A stretch of 64,000 bases of DNA from Myxococcales bacterium (lineage in GTDB: Bacteria > Desulfobacterota > Binatia > HRBIN30): NCBI GenBank assembly GCA_037445065.1, contig JBBILD010000008.1, positions 123,131-187,130 of the forward strand. The letters are read 5' to 3'. The position numbers and the translations under genes were made by a program. The notes under the pieces are model-generated. The model ran no database searches. It was given only the letters and a program-made list of their open reading frames with translations, and was not told the DNA's origin. Numbering within the stretch: the first letter of the stretch is position 1; each line of letters begins with the position of its first letter. This document shows, piece by piece, positions 28,611 to 37,801 of the stretch.

Positions 28611-29443
28611 GCGAGGGGCGTGCAGCCTGGGAGATTTTCGCGCCGGATTTATTCCGTGGCCACACCGCACTGGTAACGGGTGGTGGCCGCGGCATTGGTC
28701 GGGCAATCGCCCATGGTTTTGCCAAGTACGGCGCAAACGTCGTGATTGCTGCCCGCAACCCTGAAAACCTCGAGCGGACACGAGCGGAACTGGAAGCGAT
28801 GGGAGTCGGTTGCCTGGCGGTGCCAGCCAACATCCGCGAAGTGCAGCAAGTGGAAGAGTTGGTGCAACGAACGCTCGAGCGCTTCGGTGCGATCGATTAC
28901 TTGGTCAATAACGCTGGAGGGCAGTTCCCGGCGCGGCCACAGGAAATCAGCGACCGTGGTTGGCGGGCGGTTGTAGACCTCAACCTCAACGGTACGTGGA
29001 ACATGTGCAGCCGAGTCGGGCCCCACATGCTGGCGCGGGGGAAGGGCGCGGTGGTGAACATCGTGCACATTTATTCGTTCGAGCGCGGCGCCCCGGCTTT
29101 CGCCCACTCGGGGGCAGCCAGAGCCGGGGTGGTCAACCTCACCCGCTCTTTGGCTTATTACTGGGCCCGGCGCGGAGTGACGATCAACGCCTTGGCCCCA
29201 GGCACAGTTTCGACCCGGGGTCTCCGCGAAGAGGAATTCAGCCGCGCGGAAGTGAGCGATTACGAGGCATTGGCGGTCCGCGACATCCCAGCGCACCGCT
29301 TGGCGGAGCCCGAGGAAATCGCCGCGGCGGTGTTGTTTCTCTGCTCGCCCGCAGCCCGTTACATTAACGGTTCGGTGCTGGTCGTGGACGGGGCCTTGTC
29401 CTTGAGCAATTGGACTCCGCTCTTCGACCCAGAAACGTTTTGA
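28607..29443 (+). CDS. Short-chain dehydrogenase/reductase (trans-2-enoyl-CoA reductase-like)
   Basis: TGGGRGIG, NNAGGQF, HSGAARAG, NALAPG; GTG start overlaps upstream stop. Confidence 0.88.
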   Translation: MSEGRAAWEIFAPDLFRGHTALVTGGGRGIGRAIAHGFAKYGANVVIAARNPENLERTRAELEAMGVGCLAVPANIREVQQVEELVQRTLERFGAIDYLVNNAGGQFPARPQEISDRGWRAVVDLNLNGTWNMCSRVGPHMLARGKGAVVNIVHIYSFERGAPAFAHSGAARAGVVNLTRSLAYYWARRGVTINALAPGTVSTRGLREEEFSRAEVSDYEALAVRDIPAHRLAEPEEIAAAVLFLCSPAARYINGSVLVVDGALSLSNWTPLFDPETF

Positions 29444-29669
29444 AGGAACCCTGCCGGCCGCCGTCTTGGTTGGGGTGCTTCGTCGCCAGAGCGCTGCGGG
29501 CCCGAGAAGGTTCTGCGCACAGAGCCTGGCACGCTCACGATCGGCGGCGAGCAGGCTAGCGCCGTCATGCCACGGACCCCCGCGCTAAGCTTTGGTTGTT
29601 TTCGGGGCCCCTGACTCTGGCGAAGAGGTAACGCAGCGCCTAACCCCAGGCGAACTCCCGGAGGTGCCC

Positions 29670-30308
29670 ATGAGTGAGATTGATCAATTGTTCACCAACA
29701 ACCGCCGCTGGGCGCGGCAACTGACCGATCGAGATCCTGACTTTTTCTTGAGGCTTTCTCGCCAGCAAGCGCCGCCGTATTTGTGGATCGGTTGCGCCGA
29801 TTCGCGCGTTCCGGCCAATGAGATTGTCGGCCTCTTGCCCGGCGAGCTGTTCGTGCACCGCAACGTAGCCAATATCGTCCTGCACGCGGATGTGAACTGC
29901 CTTTCTGTTCTGCAGTACGCGGTCGAGGTGTTGCGCGTCCGGCACATTATCGTCTGCGGCCATTATGGCTGCGGCGGCGTTGCGCACGCCATGGGCCATG
30001 GAGAGCTGGGCCTGATCGACAACTGGCTGCGCTGTATCAAGGACTTGTACGAGAGGAACCTGCAGGAACTCGAAAAGCTCGAACCACAGGCGCGCTTGCG
30101 GCGGCTGTGCGAACTCAACGTCGCGCAGCAGGTGCGCAACGTAGCGCACACCACGATTGTTCAAAGAGCCTGGCTCGATGGCCGCTCGCTGGCCGTGCAC
30201 GGCTGGATTTACGACATCGCCGATGGCCTGCTCCATGACCTTGGTGTGAGTATTGCGGGCCTGGATCAGCTTTCCTCTATCTACCGACTCCAACCGCCGA
30301 ATGCGTGA
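29670..30308 (+). CDS. can: Beta-class carbonic anhydrase
   Basis: WIGCADSRVP, FVHRNVAN, CGHYGCGG; GGAGG RBS. Confidence 0.95.
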   Translation: MSEIDQLFTNNRRWARQLTDRDPDFFLRLSRQQAPPYLWIGCADSRVPANEIVGLLPGELFVHRNVANIVLHADVNCLSVLQYAVEVLRVRHIIVCGHYGCGGVAHAMGHGELGLIDNWLRCIKDLYERNLQELEKLEPQARLRRLCELNVAQQVRNVAHTTIVQRAWLDGRSLAVHGWIYDIADGLLHDLGVSIAGLDQLSSIYRLQPPNA

Positions 30309-30387
30309 AACAGCAACCGCCCGGCTTGCCCGAAGGCGCCGGCTGGGTATGATGCGAAGCATCAACGAGGCAGGAGGGAACTGACGC

Positions 30388-31773
30388 TTGGCAGGAATCG
30401 TTCGGTACGGGAGCTATGTGCCTTATTTCCGGTTACAACGCGCGGCCTTCGGTGCTGGAAAGGGCGAACGAGCGGTAGCGAGTTATGACGAAGACGCCGC
30501 GTCGCTCGCGGTCGAGGCAGCGCGTGATGCCGTGCGGGGCTCGCCACCGGTAGACGCGCTGTTATTCGCCACCACCAGTCCCCCGTACGCGGAAAAGTTG
30601 AACGCTGCCACCGTGCAGGCAGCACTCGATCTGCCCGAGTCGATTGCCGCCTTCGAGCTGTCTGCCTCCACGCGCATGGGTGCGGCAGCGCTGTCGCTTG
30701 GGTGCGATTTGGCGGACGGGGGGCGCCGCGTCTTGGTGTGCGCTGGCGACGTGACGGTTGGCGCGCCCGGGGGCTTGCGTGAGGCACAAGGAGCAGATGC
30801 GGGAGTCGCGTTCTTGCTCGGTCCGGATCAGGAGTCTATCGCGCGCCTGATCGGCAAGTCCCAGCGAACCGTGGAGATTCTCGATGTTTGGCGAGTTCCG
30901 GAGGAGCGCTTCCCGCGGCAATGGGAAGAGCGGTTTGCCGCGGAGACGCTCTCGCCGATTGTAGTAGAGGTGGCACGCCAAGCACTGCTCGCGGCAGGCG
31001 TGAGCCCAGAACAGTTGGCGGCGGTGATCCTCGACGGTGTCAATCCTCGCACGCTGGCGGCGTTGCCCCGGGCACTGGGGATCGATCCGACGCGCTGTGC
31101 GGACCCGGTGGCCATGGCCATCGGCCGTGCTGGCTGCGCGGCAGCGGGCTTGGCTCTCGCTCACGTTCTGGACCAGGCACAGCCAGGGGAGCGCGTGCTT
31201 GTGGTCAGCGAGGCAGACGGGGTCGATGCGCTGGTGTTCGAAATCACGAGCCACATCCGCAGCGCGCCTAGGCCGCGGCCTGTGCAACGGTGGATCGAGT
31301 CGAAACGCAACGATCTGCCCTACACAACGTACCTGAAGTGGCGTGGGATCTTGCCGTTCGAGCCACCGCGGCGGCCCGACCCAGAGCGACCGGCCGCGCC
31401 GGTGATGCGGCGCCACGAGCGCTGGAAGATGGCGTTTGTCGGCTCTCGCTGCCGTCGGTGCCGGACAGGGCACCTGCCTCCCCAGCGCGTGTGCGTGCAA
31501 TGCGGTGCCGTAGACGAGATGGACGACGAACGGTACGCCGACACCGCGTGTCGCGTTGCCACCTACACCCTGGACTACCTGGCCTATTCCCTGCAGCCGC
31601 CGGTGGTGGTGGCAGTGGCTGATTACGAGGGCGGTGGCCGGTTTAGCTGCGAGCTGACCGATGTCGATCCAAAGCAAGTCAAGATTGGCGATCAGTTGGA
31701 AATGACGTTCCGCCGGCTCTACACCGCTCAGGGGGTTCACAACTACTTTTGGAAAGCGCGGCCAATGCGCTAA
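30388..31773 (+). CDS. HMG-CoA-synthase-like domain fused to Zn-ribbon/OB-fold (DUF35)
   Basis: GIVRYGSYVPYFRL, ERAVASYDED; C-terminal CRRC...PPQRVCVQC and VKIGDQLEMTFRR...YFWKARP; TTG start with GGAGG RBS. Confidence 0.85.
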   Translation: MAGIVRYGSYVPYFRLQRAAFGAGKGERAVASYDEDAASLAVEAARDAVRGSPPVDALLFATTSPPYAEKLNAATVQAALDLPESIAAFELSASTRMGAAALSLGCDLADGGRRVLVCAGDVTVGAPGGLREAQGADAGVAFLLGPDQESIARLIGKSQRTVEILDVWRVPEERFPRQWEERFAAETLSPIVVEVARQALLAAGVSPEQLAAVILDGVNPRTLAALPRALGIDPTRCADPVAMAIGRAGCAAAGLALAHVLDQAQPGERVLVVSEADGVDALVFEITSHIRSAPRPRPVQRWIESKRNDLPYTTYLKWRGILPFEPPRRPDPERPAAPVMRRHERWKMAFVGSRCRRCRTGHLPPQRVCVQCGAVDEMDDERYADTACRVATYTLDYLAYSLQPPVVVAVADYEGGGRFSCELTDVDPKQVKIGDQLEMTFRRLYTAQGVHNYFWKARPMR

Positions 31774-31809
31774 GCGAAGCCGCTGGCAAGCAGAAAGAGG
31801 AGGCAGCCA

Positions 31810-32985
31810 ATGGCAAGCAACGGAATCAAAGATCGGGTGGCCATCGTCGGCATGGGTTGCACCCCATTCGGCGAGCACTGGGATAAGGGACCAGAGGACC
31901 TGTTGATCGAAGCAGCCAAGGAAGCGTACGCCTCGGCTCACATCGCTCCCGAACAAGTGGACGCTTACTGGCTGGGTACCATGGCGAGTGGGTTCTCGGG
32001 TTTGATGCTGTCGGAAGCCCTCAAAATTCCGTACAAGCCGGTCACTCGTTTGGAAAACATGTGCGCAACAGGGAGCGAGGCGTTGCGTAACGCTGCTTAC
32101 GCGGTGGCGAGCGGGGCGTACGACTTGGTGATGGCGATCGGGGTGGAGAAGCTCAAAGACTCAGGATTTTCGGGTCTAGCCATGCAGAATCCTCCACACG
32201 ATGGCACGATTTCCAACATGACCGCACCGGCCACGTTTTCGTTGCTGGCGCCGGCGTATGCAAAGAAGTACGGCGTTCCGGAAGACACTCTCAAGCAAGT
32301 GCTGGCCCGCATTGCCTGGAAGAACCATAAGAACGGTGCCCGCAATCCGAAAGCGCAGTTTCGGAAGGAAGTCTCGATGGAAACCATCTGTAAGTCGCCT
32401 CCGGTGGCGGGCATGCTCGGGATTTTCGATTGCTCGGGGGTGAGCGACGGAGCTGCGGCTGCGATTCTTTGCCGTGCTGAGGATGCACACAAGTACACGG
32501 ACAAACCCATCTTTATCAAAGCGCTTGCCTTCGCGGCCGGACCAGCAGAGGGATACTTTAGCCAGAACTACGATTTCACCACCTTCCCAGAGGTGGTGCG
32601 TAGCGCCGAGGACGCCTACCGGCAGGCAGGGGTGACGAATCCGCGCGAGGAAATCAGCATGGCAGAAGTGCACGACTGTTTTACCCCAACCGAACTCGTG
32701 CTGATGGAGGACATGGGCTTTTCTCCGCGCGGGCAGGCGTGGCGAGACGTGCTCGACGGCCGCTTCGATGGAGACGGGCCTCAGCCGGTGAACCCGGACG
32801 GAGGACTGAAGAGCTTCGGGCACCCGATCGGAGCCAGCGGCCTGCGCATGATGTACGAGATGTGGTTGCAACTGCGCGGGGAAGCCGGCCCGCGCCAAAT
32901 CCCCAACCCAAAGCTTGGGCTCACCCACAATTTAGGCGGAGCACCCGGACGGTGCGTGAGCTTCGTCTCGATCGTCGGCTTGTGA
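31810..32985 (+). CDS. Thiolase-family acyltransferase (SCP-x/PhlC-like)
   Basis: ENMCATGS, SDGAAA, EVHDCF, GHPIGASG, HNLGG. Confidence 0.9.
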   Translation: MASNGIKDRVAIVGMGCTPFGEHWDKGPEDLLIEAAKEAYASAHIAPEQVDAYWLGTMASGFSGLMLSEALKIPYKPVTRLENMCATGSEALRNAAYAVASGAYDLVMAIGVEKLKDSGFSGLAMQNPPHDGTISNMTAPATFSLLAPAYAKKYGVPEDTLKQVLARIAWKNHKNGARNPKAQFRKEVSMETICKSPPVAGMLGIFDCSGVSDGAAAAILCRAEDAHKYTDKPIFIKALAFAAGPAEGYFSQNYDFTTFPEVVRSAEDAYRQAGVTNPREEISMAEVHDCFTPTELVLMEDMGFSPRGQAWRDVLDGRFDGDGPQPVNPDGGLKSFGHPIGASGLRMMYEMWLQLRGEAGPRQIPNPKLGLTHNLGGAPGRCVSFVSIVGL

Positions 32986-33006
32986 GGCTTTGCGAGGGAG
33001 CCTGCA

Positions 33007-34203
33007 ATGCGCGAGGCCCGTCATCCGGTGGACGAGGGAATTCGGCTGGTGCACGGAGATTTTTACGCTCACGACCCACACCCGTTCTTCACCTGGATGC
33101 GCAAAAACGCGCCCGTGTATTGGGACGAAGGTGGCCAGGTTTGGGGCATCACCCGCTACGAAGACGTCATGCGGATTTCCCGCGACGGGCAGACGTTTTC
33201 CAACCGCTATGGTATGCGGCCCGACTCGCCTCCCATGCCCTCGATGATCAACCTGGATGACCCCGAGCACAAGCGGCGGCGCAGCTTGGTGAACAAGGGG
33301 TTCACCGCCGGCCGCGTGCGCGCACAAGAGGACAAAATCCGCCGCTGGTGCCGGCAACTGTTGGACCGGGCACAGGAGAAGAGGCAGTTCGACTTCGTGC
33401 GCGAAGTAGCGATGCCTTTGCCCATGCTGGTGATTGGCGACATGCTGGGCGTTGCGGAGGAAGACCACGAAACGCTGCTGCGCTGGTCCGACGAGCTGAT
33501 CTTGGGCTCCACTATGACCGCTCCCCAAGAATGTATCGAGGCGGCGCAGCGCGCCTTCGAAGAGTACGCTGAGTACCACCGCCGGGTTGCCGAGGACCGG
33601 CGCCGCAACCCGCGCGAGGATTTGATCAGCGTCCTCGTGCACGCCGAGATTGACGGCGACCGCCTAAGCGAGGACGAATTGCTGCACGAAACCTTGCTCA
33701 TCCTGGTAGGTGGGGATGAAACGACGCGCCACGTGATCAGCGGGGGACTATACGAGTTGTTGCGCCATCCGGATCAATGGTCGTTGTTGCAAGAAGAACC
33801 TGCGCGAATCCCGGTGGCCGTCGAGGAAATGTTGCGGTGGGTAAGCCCGATCCAGAACATGGCGCGCACGGCGACCCGAGACGTGGAAATTCGCGGTCAG
33901 CGCATTGCCGCCGGTGACAAACTCCTCTTGTTGTACCCATCTGCCAATCGCGACGAGGATGTATTTCCAGAACCGTTTCGCTTCGATGTGACCCGTCATC
34001 CGAACGAGCACGTCGCGTTTGGTGGATACGGTACGCACTTTTGCCTGGGTGCGAACTTAGCCCGTTTGGAATTGCGCGTTCTGTTCGAGGAGCTTGCCTC
34101 GCGCAAACCCCAGTTGGAACTCCTGGGCGAAGGGCCCCCTCCGCGGAGGCCGTCGAACTTCATCGTCGGCTTCGAGTCCCTCCCCGTGCGCTGGCAGTCG
34201 TAA
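33007..34203 (+). CDS. Cytochrome P450 (CYP142/CYP125-like)
   Basis: LVGGDETTRH I-helix, EEMLRW (ExxR), FGGYGTHFCLG heme motif. Confidence 0.93.
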   Translation: MREARHPVDEGIRLVHGDFYAHDPHPFFTWMRKNAPVYWDEGGQVWGITRYEDVMRISRDGQTFSNRYGMRPDSPPMPSMINLDDPEHKRRRSLVNKGFTAGRVRAQEDKIRRWCRQLLDRAQEKRQFDFVREVAMPLPMLVIGDMLGVAEEDHETLLRWSDELILGSTMTAPQECIEAAQRAFEEYAEYHRRVAEDRRRNPREDLISVLVHAEIDGDRLSEDELLHETLLILVGGDETTRHVISGGLYELLRHPDQWSLLQEEPARIPVAVEEMLRWVSPIQNMARTATRDVEIRGQRIAAGDKLLLLYPSANRDEDVFPEPFRFDVTRHPNEHVAFGGYGTHFCLGANLARLELRVLFEELASRKPQLELLGEGPPPRRPSNFIVGFESLPVRWQS

Positions 34204-34406
34204 GATTGGCTGCGCGCTCAGTGGGAATGGGGGCTCAAAGCGTGGCCCCGCTTGGGCTTAGGCGCGGCGGCGAGTGCGGGACCGTTCGCGACACCGCTTT
34301 CGACGGTAGCCCCGTGCCCAGTGAGAGCGCTCCACCGATGATCTTCGAGCTTCCGAGACCAGCGCGCTAGGTTCTTCGAGGAGCGCACCGGATACACGCA
34401 GAGAAT

Positions 34407-35027
34407 TTAGGGCCTGCTTACCCCCGCGCGCATGCACACCTCTTCGAAGGCCCGTTGAAGATCCGCGTACGTGTGCGCAACGCGAAACTGCGGAAATTGA
34501 GCAGCGATTTGTTGCGGTGGGCGAAACAGGATCCCATAGTCCGCCTCGGCCAGCATGGTGACATCGTTGTAAGAATCCCCGGCTGCAACCACGTCGAAGT
34601 TCAACAGCTTGAGTGCCATGACCGCTTTGCGCTTGCCGTCACGAATTCGAATTCGATAGTCCCGAACGCGCCCCTCCTCGTCAACCACAAGAGAATTGCA
34701 GAAGAGGGTCGGATACCCCAGTTGCTCCATGAGTGGGTGCGCAAACTGCTCGAAGGTGTCGGACAAGATGATCACCTGAAAGCGGCGGCGCAGCCAATCG
34801 AGAAACGCATGTGCACCCTCCAACGGGCGCATTTGGCGAATGACCGCTTGAATATCGGCGAGTCTGAGTCCGTGCGCATCGAGGATTTCCAGCCGGCGGC
34901 GCATGAGCTTGTCATAGTCGGGTTCGTCTCGGGTGGTGCGGCGCAGCTCTGCGATGCCGGTACGTTCTGCCACATTGATCCAGATCTCGGGGACCAGAAC
35001 CCCTTCCAAATCGAGGCAAGCGATCAT
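34407..35027 (-). CDS. thrH: Phosphoserine phosphatase / homoserine phosphotransferase
   Basis: CLDLEGVLVPEIW, TTRDEPDYD, ILSDTF, AAGDSYND. Confidence 0.93.
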   Translation of the reverse strand: MIACLDLEGVLVPEIWINVAERTGIAELRRTTRDEPDYDKLMRRRLEILDAHGLRLADIQAVIRQMRPLEGAHAFLDWLRRRFQVIILSDTFEQFAHPLMEQLGYPTLFCNSLVVDEEGRVRDYRIRIRDGKRKAVMALKLLNFDVVAAGDSYNDVTMLAEADYGILFRPPQQIAAQFPQFRVAHTYADLQRAFEEVCMRAGVSRP

Positions 35028-35080
35028 GACCGGCGGTTAAGATCAGTGCCGCGCGACGTGCAAGCCTGCTGCAGGCGCAA

Positions 35081-35479
35081 TCACTGGAGTACACCGGGTA
35101 CTGCCAAGGTAAAAGGAGCGATTTCGATGTCGAAGTACGAGCCGTCGTTGCGCCGCATGCGGTAGCTGCCATGCATCGAGCCGATCGGCGTCGGGAGCGG
35201 GCAAAAAGAGGAGTACTCGAAGACGTCGCCCGGCCGCAGGAAGGGCTGCTCCCCGACCACCCCTGCGCCCTGAACTTCTTTGACGCGTCCCTCGGCGTCG
35301 GTGATGATCCAGTGGCGGCTTACCAAGCGGGCACTTTCGCTCCCTTCGTTGGCGATCGTCACGTGGTACACGAACAACCAGCGATTGTCCTCGGGGGCAG
35401 AATGGTCTGGGGCATAATGGGCGGCCACGCGCACGCGAAATCCGCGCGTGAGGGCTTCTGACGTGAATCGCTCGATCAT
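35081..35479 (-). CDS. apaG: ApaG protein
   Basis: YHVTIAN, LVSRHWIITDAEG, GVVGEQP, GSMHGSY. Confidence 0.93.
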   Translation of the reverse strand: MIERFTSEALTRGFRVRVAAHYAPDHSAPEDNRWLFVYHVTIANEGSESARLVSRHWIITDAEGRVKEVQGAGVVGEQPFLRPGDVFEYSSFCPLPTPIGSMHGSYRMRRNDGSYFDIEIAPFTLAVPGVLQ

Positions 35480-35601
35480 GGGGAAAACTTCTGTAATGAG
35501 CACTGACCAGCCGTGCAACGCTCGGGTTCCGAGAGATCCGTGGCGAGTTGACACTTTTTGCTGCTGTGCAAAGCACGATGCCGGGAGTCGGGAGCACGAA
35601 G

Positions 35602-36081
35602 ATGATGGCGGAAGAACGACCCTTTCGGGTACTCGGGATACAACAGATTGCGATTGGTGCCCGCGACAAGAATGCCTTGCGGAGGCTGTGGGTGGAATTG
35701 TTCGGCTTGCCAGTGACCGGCAATTTCCGCAGCGAAAGCGAGAACGTGGATGAGGACATCTGCGTGCTGGGCTCCGGCGCTGTGCGGGTAGAGGTGGACC
35801 TCATGCAACCGATCGATCCGGAGAAGCGGCCGAAGGTCCATGAGCCTCCCCTCAACCACATTGGGCTTTGGGTGGACGATCTCAAGACTGCTGTCGAATG
35901 GTTGCAAAATCGAGGCGTTCGCTTCGCGCCCGGGGGGATCCGCAAAGGCGCCGCGGGTTACGACGTTTGCTTTATCCATCCCAAGGGGAACGAGGAATTT
36001 CCGTTCAGCGGGGAGGGGGTGTTGATCGAACTCGTGCAAGCCCCACCCGAAGTGATCGAAGCGCTTACCCAAAACGAATAG
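35602..36081 (+). CDS. VOC-family protein (methylmalonyl-CoA epimerase-like)
   Basis: [41 protein letters not shown]. Confidence 0.85.
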   Translation: MMAEERPFRVLGIQQIAIGARDKNALRRLWVELFGLPVTGNFRSESENVDEDICVLGSGAVRVEVDLMQPIDPEKRPKVHEPPLNHIGLWVDDLKTAVEWLQNRGVRFAPGGIRKGAAGYDVCFIHPKGNEEFPFSGEGVLIELVQAPPEVIEALTQNE

Positions 36082-36145
36082 TTGCGCAGAGGTTCCTTTG
36101 CGCCGCTGGTGGGGACCGCAGCGCAAAGGATCTGCTGCGGACTCG

Positions 36146-36886
36146 TCAAGACCGGCGTTGCCTGCGCATCTGCCGTTCTAGGAAAAGCGCGGCACGGGTC
36201 ACGCGCGCTTGCAAGATATCGAGCCCTCGCCGCCGGAACGAACGGATCCAGGTGCGAACGTGGTTGAGCGCGACGCCGAGAGCTGCCGCGATTTCCTCGT
36301 CGCTGCGCCCTTCATGGGCTGCCAAAAGCACCTGTGCGAGTAGCCTTCTGCCCGGTTGGGGGTTGCGGCGCCAAACCTGGAGCACTCGTTCCACTGCGGG
36401 CGTCAAACGCAACCGCAAGTGCCTTGCCCTGCGCCAGTACTGGGGCGGGAGCTCACTGCCACGAAGCAACTGCCGCAGTCCCTCGACGCTGATTTCGTAG
36501 ATCAGCCCCTGTTCGAGCAAGTAGGAACGGAGCAAGCGCAGAGACCAGCGTCCCCGCGCAAGCCCGAGGCTGCGTGGAGAACTCTGCGCGATGCGGATGA
36601 TTTGGGATTTCGTATCCTCGTCGAACAACAGCGGGCGCGCCGTGCCCGTGGCTGCGTGCATGAGGCCTGGGATTCCGCGTTCGCAAAAATTCAAGACGCA
36701 GTTCCGCACTGTGTTCGGATGGATGCGGAAGCGGCGGGCAATCTCTTTGAACGGATAGCCGGAGCCACGGGCGAGGATGATTCGCGCCCTGCGTGCGACT
36801 CGCGCTGAGGCGTGTTTAGCGAGCCATTCCAGTTCTCTTTGCTCGGCTTCGCTCAATTGCAACGGGTCCCGTAGCGGTCGCTTCAT
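36146..36886 (-). CDS. Tandem helix-turn-helix protein derived from the IS630-type transposase DNA-binding region (no DDE domain)
   Basis: LSEAEQRELE...RRARIIL...EIARRFRIHPNTVR...RWSLRLL...ISVEGLRQLL, then a second HTH copy (EIAAALGVALNHVRTWIRSF); GGAG RBS before ATG 36886. Confidence 0.7.
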   Translation of the reverse strand: MKRPLRDPLQLSEAEQRELEWLAKHASARVARRARIILARGSGYPFKEIARRFRIHPNTVRNCVLNFCERGIPGLMHAATGTARPLLFDEDTKSQIIRIAQSSPRSLGLARGRWSLRLLRSYLLEQGLIYEISVEGLRQLLRGSELPPQYWRRARHLRLRLTPAVERVLQVWRRNPQPGRRLLAQVLLAAHEGRSDEEIAAALGVALNHVRTWIRSFRRRGLDILQARVTRAALFLERQMRRQRRS

Positions 36887-36929
36887 TTGCTCAGCTCCCC
36901 CACACACGCGCCGAACGTGCAGTTGCTGT

Positions 36930-36958
36930 TGCATATGCGCTCTGGCAAGCAAAGTCAA
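36930..36958 (-). promoter_or_regulatory. Putative sigma-70 promoter for the HTH gene
   Basis: Minus strand TTGACT-N17-TATGCA, with the -10 box about 44 bp upstream of ATG 36886. Confidence 0.5.
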
Positions 36959-37009
36959 CGGAAAACTGGGCAAAGACTCCGTCTCTAGGGAGGAGGGTAG
37001 GGGAAACCG

Positions 37010-37795
37010 ATGAATGCTGAGAGGCCGCAAGTGCGATGCGAGGAACGGGATGGGGTGGTCTGGATCGTCATTGACCGGGCGGAGAGCCGCAACGCTCTTA
37101 GCTTGCAAACCTGGCGGGAACTCGAGCATGCGGCCAAACAAGCCAACGCAAGCTCAGCCCGGGTCGTTGTGGTGCGCGGCGCGGGGGACGAAGCCTTTGT
37201 TTCCGGCGCCGACATCCGCGAATTTCCCCGCTATCGGGCCAATCCTGAGCAAGCCAGATTGTACGATCGAGTGAGTCAGGCTGCCCTCGCTGCGGTATCG
37301 GCGGTGGAGAAGCCAGTGATCGCCATGATCAACGGACTGTGTTACGGCGGCGGGTGCGCACTTGCGCTCGCCTGCGACCTGCGCTTTGCCGCTCAGCACG
37401 CGCGCTTCAGTATTCCTGCCGTCCGCCTGGGGCTGGCCTACCCACTGCACTACGGAATCGCACCGTTGGTGGCCACGGTTGGCAGTGGCCGCGCTGCAGA
37501 ACTCCTACTCTCTGGCCGTGTTTTTGATGCTCAGGAGGCGCTGGCCATCGGTTTCGTGCACCGGGTCTTCCCAGCGAGCGAGCTGGAGGCCTGCACCTTG
37601 GAGTATGCGCGCGAGTTGAGCCAGTCGGCACCGCTGACTCTGGCTGCGCACAAAGCCGCGGTTCGTGCCCTCGCGCTCGGCGAGGACACCGCCCTGGTGG
37701 AAGAAAAAATCCGCCGTTGCTTTGCAAGCGAAGATTATCAGGAAGGAATCCAGGCGTTCCTGGAGAAACGGCCGCCTCGCTTTCGCGGCCGCTGA
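37010..37795 (+). CDS. Enoyl-CoA hydratase/isomerase
   Basis: AFVSGADI, AMINGLCYGGG, CDLRFA, EDYQEGIQAFLEKRPP. Confidence 0.92.
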   Translation: MNAERPQVRCEERDGVVWIVIDRAESRNALSLQTWRELEHAAKQANASSARVVVVRGAGDEAFVSGADIREFPRYRANPEQARLYDRVSQAALAAVSAVEKPVIAMINGLCYGGGCALALACDLRFAAQHARFSIPAVRLGLAYPLHYGIAPLVATVGSGRAAELLLSGRVFDAQEALAIGFVHRVFPASELEACTLEYARELSQSAPLTLAAHKAAVRALALGEDTALVEEKIRRCFASEDYQEGIQAFLEKRPPRFRGR

Positions 37796-37801
37796 GTTTG
37801 C

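Noticed and set aside
29527..29541. TGGCACG sigma-54-like -24 box upstream of carbonic anhydrase
   Set aside because: No TTGC at the -12 position.
34240..34330. c-di-GMP-I riboswitch-like GAAA hairpin on the minus strand
   Set aside because: Poor match to the conserved core, and it lies 3' of both flanking genes.
36100..37000. Intact IS630 insertion sequence
   Set aside because: No DDE domain or terminal inverted repeats were visible; reported as a transposase-derived HTH gene instead.
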